NCBI RefSeq assembly: GCF_004010195.1
Contig: NC_057719.1
Coordinates: 12,096,332 to 12,160,001 of the forward strand
Reading direction: 5' to 3'
DNA length: 63,670 bases
Source: Chiloscyllium plagiosum
Lineage: Eukaryota
Shown: piece by piece, positions 39,265 through 51,359 of the stretch
Layout of the letters: each line of letters begins with the position of its first letter
Position numbering within the stretch: the stretch's first letter is position 1
Notes under the pieces: generated by a model
Databases searched by the model: none
Told to the model about the DNA's origin: nothing
What the model saw: the letters and a program-made list of their open reading frames with translations, nothing else
Position numbers and translations under genes: made by a program

Positions 39265-40047
39265 TGTTATGAAGTTGAAGGTGAGTGCTGTATCTTTAAG
39301 AGAGTGCGAAGGCTGTTTTGCACTAAGAGCTTGCATGCACATGTCATGTGACTGACCAGCAGTCTCAGAGTGTATTAGAAAAATGAAAATATGTAACATT
39401 TGACTGTGAAACAAATACCTGACTTTTGGTTGCTATGTTTTCACAACAGTTTGAATTTAACCAATCACTTTAAATTATGCCCCATGATACTAAAACCCAA
39501 TCAAATTTGAATTTAATTGTTTTGTCAACATTGAGCCAATGAGATGATCCAATATTTGGAGTATATAAAAACCAGCATTTTGAGAGTTAGTCAGAGAGAG
39601 CAACCAACTGCCATTGTCAGTGTAAAGGCCAGCCGAACACTCTCTATCAAAGGTACCTTTTTCATATGAAACATCTTTGCAGCAAAAGACCGAAGACGAC
39701 GACCCAAGGATACCTATAGCCAGAGGAAGGAAGACACCAGAGACGGCCACTGTGTCTGGTTTTGAAAATTAAGTTGATGCACTTTTAATAGGGACTTTTA
39801 TTAGATCAGTATATTGTTATAGAGTGAGAAGCAGATAACAAGCATTTAAAAGAAAAAAGGTTTAGATCTGTAAATAGTTGTTGTTTAATGTTCACTTTTA
39901 AAGTTAAAGAGTAAATTGATATTTTTTCTTTAAATAGTGAAAGTTGGGAGTTCTCTGTCACTCATACTTTGACAGATGATAAGGGGAGGTGAAGTTTTCT
40001 GGGTGTTTGGTTTAATTAGCAGAAGGGTTCACCGCCGTGTCGTAACA
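39265..40047 (+). mobile_element. Solo LTR-like element, copy 1
   Basis: TGTTATGA...TCGTAACA termini; CCAAT and TATATAAAA inside; colinear with 42085-42833. Confidence 0.75.
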
Positions 40048-41025
40048 GTTTGATCCTGCAAAAAGTTACACCAATGAATGAAATATCTCACAAGTATACC
40101 AAGTTCTTTTTATGTGTTCATGTTGCTATGAATTGATGTGTTAATAAAGTAACATTAGTTTGTGAATCTGTAGCTGACATTTCTGAAGGCTTCAGGCAAA
40201 AGGAAATTAGCTAACTTACTCACTGGTGTGCAGCATTCCAACTGCAATCAGAGTGATTTGTGCAATGTTTTAAAAAATATTCACCCTGGGATGAAGGCCA
40301 TGTTGTCAAGACTCAGTTTAGCATCTGTCACCAAGCACCCTGAGAAGTCAGTGATGAAATCCCCCTCAAATACTGTAGTACATCTTGTGAGGATTCTCTG
40401 AGAATAATGTGAAGAAGGGATTTCAGTGATGTTTACCCAGTGAAGATTAACTAGGGACAGCACAGAGTATGGAGGTCATGGTGAATTCAAAAGGTGCTGC
40501 TGCACCTTTCACTGGTGGTAATAACTGGGAAAGAACTGGTAACAAACTTTAATCTGAATGCTGTATATCTGTTCATTGGTGATAATGCCTCAAAAAAAGG
40601 TAGGTATCTAAATTTACTGCTAAAGTGAAGTTGAAAAGAAGGTGTTATAAATTCATTTGATGCTTTCAGACCAGTGTTACTTTATTGCCAGGCTGTGGTG
40701 TAAAATTCCAAGCAGTGGAATGTGGTGAAACGGTTAAAAATTATGTCCCAATACATGTGTGAATAATTGTTATAAATTCATTTGATGCTTTCAGACCAGT
40801 GTTACTTTATTGCCAGGCAAAATGAGTAACTTTATTTCTGCATACATTTATTTGAGGATGGTGTGGGTTAATTTATGCTCATTATCCAAACGTATACCTG
40901 CACTGATGGAATTGAGGCTTTGACTCGAGGTGATAGTATTTCTATTCAAAACACTGCAAAGCAATTCCTTCCAACTATCAACTTTATCGCATTTAATATA
41001 CATATACATATAAGAAACGACTCAC

Positions 41026-41160
41026 TTCAGATTCCCCGTAATGATAAAAGCAGGAATAGTAAAGTGTTGTGACTAGCGGCATGAGGAGGATGGAGGCTTT
41101 CCTGGGATGTTTTCTGAAGACCTCCATTTGTCCAGATGCCTCAATGCGTTTGTCATTCTC
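41026..41160 (-). CDS. VIPAS39: VIPAS39 exon ([45 protein letters not shown])
   Basis: tttcag/GTGAGT, 135 nt; [25 protein letters not shown] motif. Confidence 0.97.
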
Positions 41161-41574
41161 CTGAAAAATACAAAGCAATCTGTGACTCTAAATGCAGTTT
41201 CGCATTTAATACATCCACAGTTAGGCTGAGTTACAAAGGAAATTAGACATATGAAATGCTCTATTTTTATTTTGCAGTTTGCTGTTCAGCTAAAGTCACT
41301 GCTTCATCACTGGATTGTATACTCAGGCCTTAGGAAATATACAATAGCCCTGTTTTTGCGATCAGTGGCAAAGGAGCAGGAGCTGCCTTGACAAAGTCAA
41401 TTGCTGCCTGCAAAGGTTTGCAGGCTTTTGAGCATTGAATCACTATCATCAGGACTCTGACACAATGTGGCCATCTCTATAAAGATCTGTGGAATGTTAA
41501 TGTAGGAAAAGCAACGTTTAGCATTTGCAACGAATTGGATTTAATAATCTCCAGTCAGACATGACCCTCTCTCA

Positions 41575-41960
41575 CTAGTATCCTCACATACGGATGAGGA
41601 AGGACACCACTTCGACTGGGACAACACATCCATCCTAGGACAAGCCAAACAAAGACATGCACGAGAATTCCTAGAAGCTTGACATTCCAACTGCAACTCT
41701 ATCACAAACACATCGAGTTAAACCCCATCTACCACCCCCTGAGAAAAGGAACAGGAAGTGACTTCACCACAGGAAATGACATCACCAACCCAAAGAAACC
41801 CAAACATATAAATAATAATAAGGAATGTTTAGCATTTCTTCACCTGAGGCCCACTGAAGATGTTACCTAGTAGGGTAAATAAACATCTGGAAATGAACCT
41901 TCCAGCTCAGCGAGCAAACCTACATCCAAAACCTCAACCTGAGCCACAAATCTTCTCAAA
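41575..41960 (+). mobile_element. Penelope 3' fragment (GIY-YIG C-terminus plus terminal repeat)
   Basis: GHHFDWDNTSILGQAKQRHAREFLEA, typical PLE C-terminus; CTGAAGA-TGTTACC-TAGTA-GGGTAA hammerhead-like core at 41854. Confidence 0.8.
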
Positions 41961-42084
41961 GTTCCAGTCAAATACTCCAAGTTTAAACCAAGAAGTAGAA
42001 ATCAGGAATTATAAATTACATTTAAATTAAAAAGCAAAATAAAAAGATTTAAAGTTAGAAATAAACAAGACATGAATAAAAGAG

Positions 42085-42833
42085 TGTTATGAAGTTGATG
42101 GCGTGTACTGTGCTTTAAGAGAGAGTGAATGCTGTTCTGCACTGAGAGCTTACAAGCACCTATCATATGACCACTAGCAGTCTAACAGTGTACTGGAAAT
42201 TGAAAATATGTAACATTTGGCTGTGAAATAGATACCCAAGGTGCTTGCTGTATTGACAACAATTCAAACTTAACCAGATTAAATTACACCCCAGGATACT
42301 AAAAGCCAATCGAGTGTGAATTTATTATTTTGCCAACATCAAACCAATGAGACAAACTAATGTTGGGGTATAAAAAAGGCAGGCAGTTTGAAGGTCAGAC
42401 AGAATAATTGCCATCGAGAAAGACCGAAGATATTGAAACACTCTCTGTCAAAGGTAACTTTTCATATGAAAACTATTTGTAGCAAAAAAAACAACCCAGG
42501 GAGATCTTCAGTTGAAGGATGAAAGACACCAAAGTTGACAGCTACTGTGGGGTTTTGAAATTAAGTTATTGGAATTTTAATAAGTGTTTTATTGGAACAG
42601 TATGTTGTTATAAAGTTTGGAGACAGGTAATAAGCAGTTAAGGGAAAGGGGGCTTGGAGTTTTGAATAGTTGTTGTTTAATGTTCACTTTTAGAGTTAAA
42701 GAATAAATTGATATTATTTTCTTTAAATCATAGGAGTTCTCTGTCACTCATCTTTTAATAGATTGTAAAGTGAAATGAGCTTTTCTGGGTGTTTGGTTTA
42801 ATTACCAGAAGGGTTCACTGTTGTGTTGTAACA
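42085..42833 (+). mobile_element. Solo LTR-like element, copy 2, with 4-bp TSD
   Basis: AGAG|TGTTATGA...TTGTAACA|AGAG; TATAAAA at 42369 and AATAAA at about 42702. Confidence 0.8.
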
Positions 42834-43676
42834 AGAGATAGATGGAAAGAGTAAGAAAAAAAAAACAAAAGACATCTCCAATAAACTCTGAACAGGTCCA
42901 TTTTCAGGGCCAGAGGGGTTGAGATTTTATACAATGGGCATGGAGTCATATATAGGCCAGACTATACAAAGACAGCAGATTTCCCCCATAAAGGCAACTG
43001 ATGAACCAAATGGGTTTTCCCAGCAATCAAAAATAATTTCAAGGTCATCATTATTGAGACAAGATTTATATTCTATATTTAACTAAGATCAAATTCCATC
43101 AGTTTCTGTGGTGTATTGCTATTGCTACAATGCTGTCATTTCCCAAACAGCAAAGATTGGAAATATTATATTAGAATACCAATGTTTAATGTAGTCTTCC
43201 AGATTTTCTTTTCATTATTTCAACAAAGTCTTTAACTAGAAGCAGGCAGCAGTATGGGTGCCTTCAACTGAGGGGAAGGGAAGGAACAAGTTATAATCCC
43301 TTTTCCTGAATAATATATACTGATCCTTTTAATAAGCTGTGTGGTCGTGTGGCTCAACCATGAGAAATAATATATGTGCTCATGAAAAATAATGAATTTG
43401 ACAAATTCGGAGGGCATTTTGTACTCTATAATCAACCCCAAGAATTAATCCCATTGAGCAGTAGATTTAGCATGTGGTCATTGGCTGATCAGGAACAGTG
43501 CTGCTCCTTCCAGGATGGAAATGAGGGAGCACATTGTTGTGCACATGGGCAGAGACCACTCGTGGGTATGGAAACGAGAAACAATGTTGGGTACAGAGAA
43601 TGTGAACCATGAAATTCAAAAAATAGGGTAACAAAATGTTATCAGAAAAAAGTAAAATTTTCCAAATTGTCCTTAC

Positions 43677-43752
43677 CTCAATAATAATTTGTCTCTCCAG
43701 CAGTGTGTAGTGGTCCTTAACAAACGTGGAATCATCATAAGCAAGTGGAAGT
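43677..43752 (-). CDS. VIPAS39: VIPAS39 exon (LPLAYDDSTFVKDHYTLLERQIIIE)
   Basis: ctttag/GTAAGG, 76 nt, phase 2-0; DHYTLLERQIIIE motif. Confidence 0.96.
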
Positions 43753-44185
43753 CTAAAGATAAAATGTGGAGAGACAGTCATGTGGGATGGCTGTTTTGAA
43801 ACTTCAAGAATCACCATCTCTTTGGGACTTAATTAAAACAGCTACCCTGGACACGACAATTTGCAAAGAGAATACTTACTCACTGAGTCTTTTGCAATGA
43901 CATAGATTTAAAAGTAGTAACCAAAAAAGTTTATCATTTATATGGTATCCCACCAAGTTCTTAAAATTCTTCACATATATAACTTAATGAAGTTTATGTT
44001 TTGGACTCAACTGCTTGATGAATTTACCTGCCCTTGAAATGCAAGAATATTCAGTCTATCCCATCATGTACCCAACGTGTACAATCCAAGCTGGGAGCAA
44101 TCTGAGTGTGACCTGAACCCAAAATATTACATCAGAATACAGGGGAAGGAAGGAATCAGAACAAAAGATGGACTCTTTTCATGAT

Positions 44186-44910
44186 TCCCAAGATGACAGC
44201 GATGATAGGGTAGGAAGTGTTTGGGCTATGTGCCCATAAATTCCCACTCTTGCTCTCCTAGCTGGCCACATTCTTCTTTGTTTTTTTTTTTGTTTTGTTT
44301 CATTTCTTCATTTCTATTTTGTGTCAAAGTTCACCTTTTCTTTTTTTCTGCTGCTGTGGTGGAGAAAGGTAGTTGCAAGGCTGGCAGCATGGTGAATCTG
44401 GACGTCCGTTCCTTTTGGCTATAGTGGCTGTGGCTCATCGGTGGCTCTGGTCCATTCCACCTGGTCGTGGTGTGGCGGTTTCAGTAATGCCTACAGCAGT
44501 AGTGACGGCATGGTAGTTCCAGTTCATTCGCTGTGGCTATGGCGACAATGTGGTGACTTTGGTGGCGACTGAAGTGGCAACAGCATCAGTGACTTTGTGA
44601 GCCCAGTCTGTCCCACCTTGCTAAGATGGTGATGCTGTGGCTTCAGCATTGGCTTCGGAAGTGGAAGTGTGAAGGGTCTGGTCTGAAAATCCTTGCTTGG
44701 AGCCTCAGGGGCAGCTTTGGCGGCCCTTGAGAAAACCAGGAGCCGTGGAGGTAACAACACATGAACTTTGTCCTAACTCTATCTCAATTATTTATTTTTA
44801 TAATTTCTGTAATATAAAATGGCACCCGATTGTGGTGATTTATCCACATCTCACTATTTTCATAAATACAGTGACAATAAATTGCTATTCTATTCTATTC
44901 CATTCAAAAC
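44186..44910 (+). mobile_element. Non-coding LINE-derivative-like repeat (second copy)
   Basis: CCAAGATGACAGC start, GTGACAATAAA plus (ATTCT)n tail. Confidence 0.5.
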
Positions 44911-45577
44911 ATTCTACCTAAGGTATCAGATTTGATTTCGGAGCAGATCTCAGCCAGTAGCTGGAGATGATGTCTTGCGATTGGTCACCTGGGGTCAGGA
45001 AGAGGGAGAACAAATGGCCAGGGTGCAACAACTTGCATTTCTATAGCACCGTTAACAGAGTTAAAGTAGCTTCGAGGCACTTCACAAGAATGTCACTGGA
45101 CAAAATCTGACACTAAACCACAAAAGGAGATATAAGGATAAGTAACTAAAGCTTTCATCAAAGTAAAAGAAGTATTTTAAAAGAGGAGAGAAGAAGGCAT
45201 TTAAATTCAACCTAGTTATCAGAAGGTACTGCTGGTCATGGTAGAGTGATTAAAATTGCAGCCATGATCATATGAAGCCAGAACTGGAGGGGTGCAGAGG
45301 ATTCTAATACAAGTAGAACATGCTAGAAAGTACAGTTGTGTGAAGATCAAGATTTGCATGCTCAACATAGCCTGCCTCAACTCACACCAATTATAGGGAG
45401 TTGGATGAGGTACTTGTTCAAGAGAGATCAAAAAGCCACACTATAGCAAGGGGTCAACATCATCAGGAAAGGAAATAAAGCAGAAAACAGAAACATTAAG
45501 CTAGGAATCATGAACTCCAAGCAGAGATTTCCAGGCTTCTAATCAGGTACTAGTACATATCTCTTTGGGATACTTAC

Positions 45578-45651
45578 CCAATGCAATTTTTTAAATATTC
45601 TGTTTTTTTCACTTGTCCTTTGATATTCAAATGTTCCTTGTACTGCAAGAG
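45578..45651 (-). CDS. VIPAS39: VIPAS39 exon (LLQYKEHLNIKGQVKKTEYLKNCIG)
   Basis: ttacag/GTAAGT, 74 nt, phase 0-2. Confidence 0.93.
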
Positions 45652-48199
45652 CTGTAACAAGAGATGGAACAATTCAACAAAGAGCTGACATAAACAGTAT
45701 TCAATGAATCCAAACTTTTTTTTTTACTATATCTGATCATTTGCTTCAGGTATTATGAGAAAAACATATGGCAGCAAATTAACAACCTTGTGCTCAAAAC
45801 GCAAACCACTGTGATGACAACTAGAGATCAAGGCAAATAGTGGAATTCTGGAATAAAATCAGAAAATTCTACGAAGTACAAGAGGCACTAAAGAGGGGAT
45901 AAATATCTTGGGTGAAACTTTAACCCAATGTTTATCCCTTCCGGAGCTGTTTTGTATTCATAAGCCTTCTGGTTTTACACCAAAACTTTTGCAGGTCTCT
46001 CCCTTCTGCTGCAAATCAACACTACACGCTCACATACCATCCCATATTTTAATGAGTAATATGCAGGTAACGAATCTGATGCTGGTACGATAGTGTTGCA
46101 CCAATTTGAATTCTGCTCCAGTCAATGTTTCGACAGGTTAGGTTTAAAATAAAAAAGGATTGATTACCTTGCTGGAATTATATTACAGGTGTCCCAACAG
46201 TCACAGGGAGATAGAGGTGCAGGTATGTCAGCAAATCACAGAGATGTGTGAGAAAAACAGGATTATAGTGTAGGGGATTTCAACAACTGAGATGGCCTTA
46301 GTGTGAAAGGATTAGACAGGGTGGAATTTTAAAAGTGTATCCAGGAGAATTTTATTGTGCCAGTATGTAGATAGTGGAGTAGTGCGAAACCTAATGCTGG
46401 GGAATGAAGCTGGTCAAGTAGTTGAAGTTTCGGTGGGTAAGCATTTTGGGGATAGTAACCATATCGCTGTAAATTTCAAAGTCATTATGGAAAGGGATAA
46501 GTATAGTGCAGAAGTGTCTAAACTGGGAGAAGACCAATTTCAAAATCATTATACAGGATCTGGCAAACATGGACTGAGAGCAGCTACTTGTCTATGTTTG
46601 GAAAGTGGGAAAGAGTAGTGTTGTTAGCATTCTGGGTCAGCATGTTCTTCCCAGAGTGAAGGAAAAGGGCAGCAAGTCCAGGGAAGTCTGGATGGCAAGG
46701 GATATAGAGTGCTTGATAAAGAAAAAGGAAGAAGCATTTTTCAGGTTCAGTGCATTAAAAACAGGAGGGGAGGTCCTTCAAAGTATAGAGAAGTAGGGGG
46801 TTGCTTATAAAGAAGATTAGGGGGCAAAGAGATGCCACAAAATACCTTTTGCAGATGGAATCAAAGAAAACCCCAAGGTTTTTTAGAAGTATACGAAGAA
46901 TAAAATAATTAGCAGGGATTAGAGACCAAGAAATTCACCAAAGATCCTTAGACAAAGATCCTTCCAAACCCATAACCAATTCCATATAGCAGGACAAGGG
47001 CAGCAGGTAATTGGGAACACCACAATCTGCAAGTTCCCCTCCAAGCCACTCACCACCCTGACTTGAAAATATACTACCATTCCCTCCTTACCAGCACTGT
47101 AGGTCAATCCACAGCAAGTGGACTGCAGCAATTCAAGGTGGCAGCTCACCACCACCTTTTCAAGGGCAAATAGGGATGGGCTATCAATGCTGGCCAGCCA
47201 GCCACACCAAAGTCTCACAAATGAATTTTAAAACAAGGGCAATCTGTGCATGAAGCCAAGGGATGAGGGTGAGGTGTAAATGAATACTTGTCATCTGTAT
47301 TCACAGAGGAGAAAGTCATTGTAACCAGCAATTTCAGTTGGGATGCTAAAGTTCTAAAATTCTTAAGATTAATAAGGAGGAGGTGTTATTAAACGTTATA
47401 AAGGGCCTAAATGTGCATAAATCCCTAGGGCTGATGTGACATATCCTAGTCTGCTATGGAAAGCAAGGGAGATTGCTGGGACTCTGGTGGATATAATTAA
47501 TACTTCACTGGCCACAGGTGAAGTGCCAGATGACTGGATAATAACTAATGTGGTTTCTCTGTTCAAGAGGGCAGCCAGATAATTACAGACCAATTAGTCT
47601 GATGTCAGTGGTAGGAAAATTATTGGAAAAATTCTGAATGTCATGATTTATCAATACTTGGAAAGGCATAGATTAATCAGGGATAGTCAGCACAGATTTG
47701 ACAGAGGGAGATCCAGTCTGATTAATTTAATTGAGTTTTTGAGAAGGTGACTAAATACATTGATTTGGGTAGTGCAGTTGATTTGGTTTACCTGGACTTC
47801 AATAAGGCCTTTAAGAATGTCTCACATGGAAGGCTGATGCAAAAGGTAACAGCCCGCAGGATCCAAGATAGGCTGACATATAGGAGAAAAAGGGTGACGC
47901 TGGAGTGTTGTTTTTGTAATTAGAAGCCTGTGACCAGCGGTGTACCACAGGGACTGGTGCTGGGACTTGTTATGTACAGTAACGACTTGGATATGAATGT
48001 TTAAGGTATACGTATTAAGTGTGCAGAGGACACTAAAAATGGTAGCATTGTTGATACAAAGGAGGATGGTCTCAGGCTACAGTCTAATATTGATCCACTG
48101 GTAACTTGGGCACAGCATTGGCAAATGGAATTTAATCCCATTAAGTGCAAGGTGATGCATTTTTGGAAGTCTGATAAGGGAAGAATATACACGACAAAT

Positions 48200-48508
48200 G
48201 GGCGGCACGGTGGCACAGTGGTTAGCACTGCTGCCTCACAGCGCCAGAGACCTGGGTTCAATTCCCGCCTCAGCCGACTGACTGTGTGGAGTTTGCACGT
48301 TCTCCCCATGTCTGCGTGGGTTTCCTCCCACAGTCCAAAGATGTGCTGGTCAGGTGAATTGACCATGCTAAATTGCCCATAGTGTAAGGGGCAGGGGTAA
48401 AATGTAGGGGAATGAGTCTGGGTGGGTTTGCACGTTGGTGTGGACTTGTTGGGCCGAAGGGTCTGTTCCCACGCTGTAAGTAATCTAATCTAATCTAATC
48501 TAATCTAA
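48200..48508 (+). mobile_element. HE1-like SINE with AAATGG TSD
   Basis: A/B boxes, (TAATC)n tail, AAATGG on both flanks. Confidence 0.93.
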
Positions 48509-48796
48509 AAATGGTAGATACCTAGGTCCCTCAGGAATACTGAGGAACGAAGGGACCTTGATGACCTTCAGGGTCCATAGATCCCTGAAGCTGTCAGTAC
48601 AGGTACAAAGGGTGATGAAGAAGGCATGTCGGATGCTTGTCTTCATTAGCTGGGACATAGAACATATGGACAAGGAAATCTTGCGACAACTTTATAAAAC
48701 ATTGTTTAGGCCACAAATTGCGGTTGTGGTTGTCACACTATTGGAATGACATGATTCCACTGGAGAGAGTAGAAAGGAAATTCACCCAGAACTTAT

Positions 48797-49118
48797 GGGC
48801 GGCACGGTGGCTCAGTGGTTAGCACTACTGCCTCACAGCGCCTGAGACACAGGTTCAATTCCCGCCTCAGGCGACTGCCTGTGTGGAGTTTGCACGTTCT
48901 CCCCGTGTCTGTGTGGGTTTCCTCCGGGTGCTCCGGTTTCCTCCCACAGTTCAAAGATGTGCAGGTCAGGTGAATTGGCCATGCTAAATTGCCCGTAGTG
49001 TTAGGTAAGGGGTAAGTGTAGGGGTATGGGTGGGTTGCGCTTCGGCGGGTCGGTGTGGACTTGTTGGGCCAAAGGGCCTGTTTCCACGCTGTAATGTAAT
49101 GTAATGTAATCTAATCTA
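48797..49118 (+). mobile_element. HE1-like SINE, full length
   Basis: A/B boxes, (TAATG)n(TAATC)n tail, AACTT near both ends. Confidence 0.93.
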
Positions 49119-50633
49119 AACTTGCCTGAGGTGAAAAGTCTCAGCTACGAGGAAGATTTATTTTCCTTAGAGGTGAAAAGTCTCAGCTACGAGGAAGATT
49201 TATTTTCCTTAGAGCAGAGGAAGCTAAGGGAGGATCTAATTGAGGTATACACAATTATGAAAGGCATATAACAGAGTAGATTGTAAGAATCATTTCCCCG
49301 TGGCCGACATGTCTAAGGCTAGACGGCATTAGTTTAAAGTGAGGAGCAAGTAGTTTAGTGGAGATCTGAAAAAACATTTATATGGAATGTGCTGCCTGTG
49401 AGATGGAGGTTAGGTACTCTTGCAATACTTAAGAACATCTGGATGAACACAAACTGCAAAGCAAAGTAGGCTACAGAGCAAGTTGTTGGGGCCAGTTTGT
49501 TAGATATATTCAGGATGGAGCTGGACATGGCCCTTGTAGCTAAATGGAGCAAAAGATATGGAGAGAAAGCGGGAGTGGGATACTGAAATTACATGATTAG
49601 TCATGTTTGTATTGAATGGTGGCACAGGCTCTAAGGGCTGAATGGTCTACTCCTGCACCTATTTTCTATGTTTCTAAGTGCAGCTAAGTAAGATTAATGT
49701 AGCACGGCTGGCACAGACATGTAGGGCTGAAAGGCCTGTTTCTATGTGGCATGACTCTCTCTATGAGGTAATTTAGTCATTCCTTATAGTATTTTGTGGG
49801 TAAAAGATCACATCGGGTTAGGAACGTTTGACTTATAAAATAGTTATTAATGGGATGCCACTTAATTACAGGACAGTTGCGGGATTAAATAACAACTGGG
49901 AATCCTTCATTATCGTACCTCTGGGCCTGGATTCAGTTTCAGCCCAGGCCCAAAGACATGGCCATTATCTCTCTCTGTCAGTTTATTGGCATATCAGTTC
50001 ATTGAAATCACTTATTGTTCATTTTTACTGGGAAAACCTCCTTTAGAATGACTGTGTAGGAATTTAAAATATCACAGCAAAACAACAGTGACATAGTCAC
50101 TTTAGCCACTCGAGGTGTGAAGCCACAATACATTGTTGAGAAGGTTATACAACCTCACTAATGCTGCACTAAACCTGGGGGTGTTCAATGGGAAAGTATA
50201 GAGGAGGATTTGACTGTGCATTTTACATTTCATTTTAATTCACTCTTGTGACGTGAGTGCCACAGTCTTTGATTATTCATGTCTAGGTCCCTCAAAAAAT
50301 TGGTGGTGACAAGCAGATCTCTTTTTGAAGCCCAGCAGCATTTTATTAGAATATGGCAGTTAAGAGTCCATCAAGTCAGTGTGGGACTGGCGTCATATAT
50401 AAGCAAGTCAAGGTATGGATAGCAGGTTTATTTTTCTACAGGATATTAAAATAATCTTACAACTCCATGGTCACATGCCAGCTCCGTATTTCCAGATCTT
50501 TTAAATTAAATTTATATTTTCTGGATGACCACAACACCATCACACCCCAAAACAGTTACTAGACTCAATTGGTGAATGTATGAGTGGATCGTACAGAGCT
50601 CTATTCTGTATCGCTAAGCTGCACCATACTTAC

Positions 50634-50661
50634 TGCAGCCTCTTCTGTTCTTCCCAGAACC
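50634..50661 (-). CDS. VIPAS39: VIPAS39 micro-exon (KVLGRTEEAA)
   Basis: atgcag/GTAAGT, 28 nt, phase 2-0; matches FLDRTEELA. Confidence 0.88.
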
Positions 50662-51256
50662 CTGCATTTAAAAAAAAAGTAGACTTTTAATGTCACTTTG
50701 CTTACCATTTGCAGAGATTTTATCCTTATTTAACCTTGCTTCTTTATCTACTTTTGAAGCTGTCACTTATTGCCACACTAATGTCATCTGGCAAAAGCTC
50801 ATTCTATCCCTACCCGATAATGACTAGATATTGATCACGAGTGGGAATCCTGGCTAATACCACGTTACCTTTCCTATTCCTGAGGCCCATTCAAGCATCT
50901 TGGTGCTTCCTTACTTCAGATCAGCTGCAGTGAGACTGGGAGTCAAACTTATCTAACTTGCTGCTTTCTTTACATTTATCATTCCTTTTCCATTCTTTGC
51001 CTCCATCCCAGACACAGACAGCCTTTGAGTGATTGAGTGTAGGGTGGAACGGGAGTTTTTCTAATAGCTTGCCCTTTTGCCAAGTTACCCATTGTTCTCA
51101 ATTTTGGCCATAAGCTCCTGATCTCTAAGAGCTCATTTATTTGCACAATTTCTTGTTAACCTGTGTTCATTTGAATTAGTCTTTTATGCTTTATTCTCAG
51201 ACTGATTGTATTCCAAAAATGAACAAGAACAGCAGAATACAAAAAGGCCTCCTTAC

Positions 51257-51359
51257 TTGAGCACCTCCAACAGTAGTTTCTGTTCCCCCGTCTCTTTCAG
51301 ATAGTAGATAAAATGTTGTAGGGCAACCTGCCGGTACTCCAGCTCTCGAAATAATACTT
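51257..51359 (-). CDS. VIPAS39: VIPAS39 exon ([34 protein letters not shown])
   Basis: ttgtag/GTAAGG, 103 nt, phase 1-2. Confidence 0.95.

Larger units (their letters stand above)
46160..49760 (+). mobile_element. Old CR1 LINE with nested insertions
   Basis: Degraded APE and RT motifs (HFGDSNH, MEFNPIKCKVMHF); interrupted at about 46925-47230, 48200-48508 and 48797-49118. Confidence 0.85.

Noticed and set aside
39265..42833. One full-length LTR retrotransposon
   Set aside because: The interior has no gag/pol and contains a host exon in normal order; copy 2 has its own TSD.
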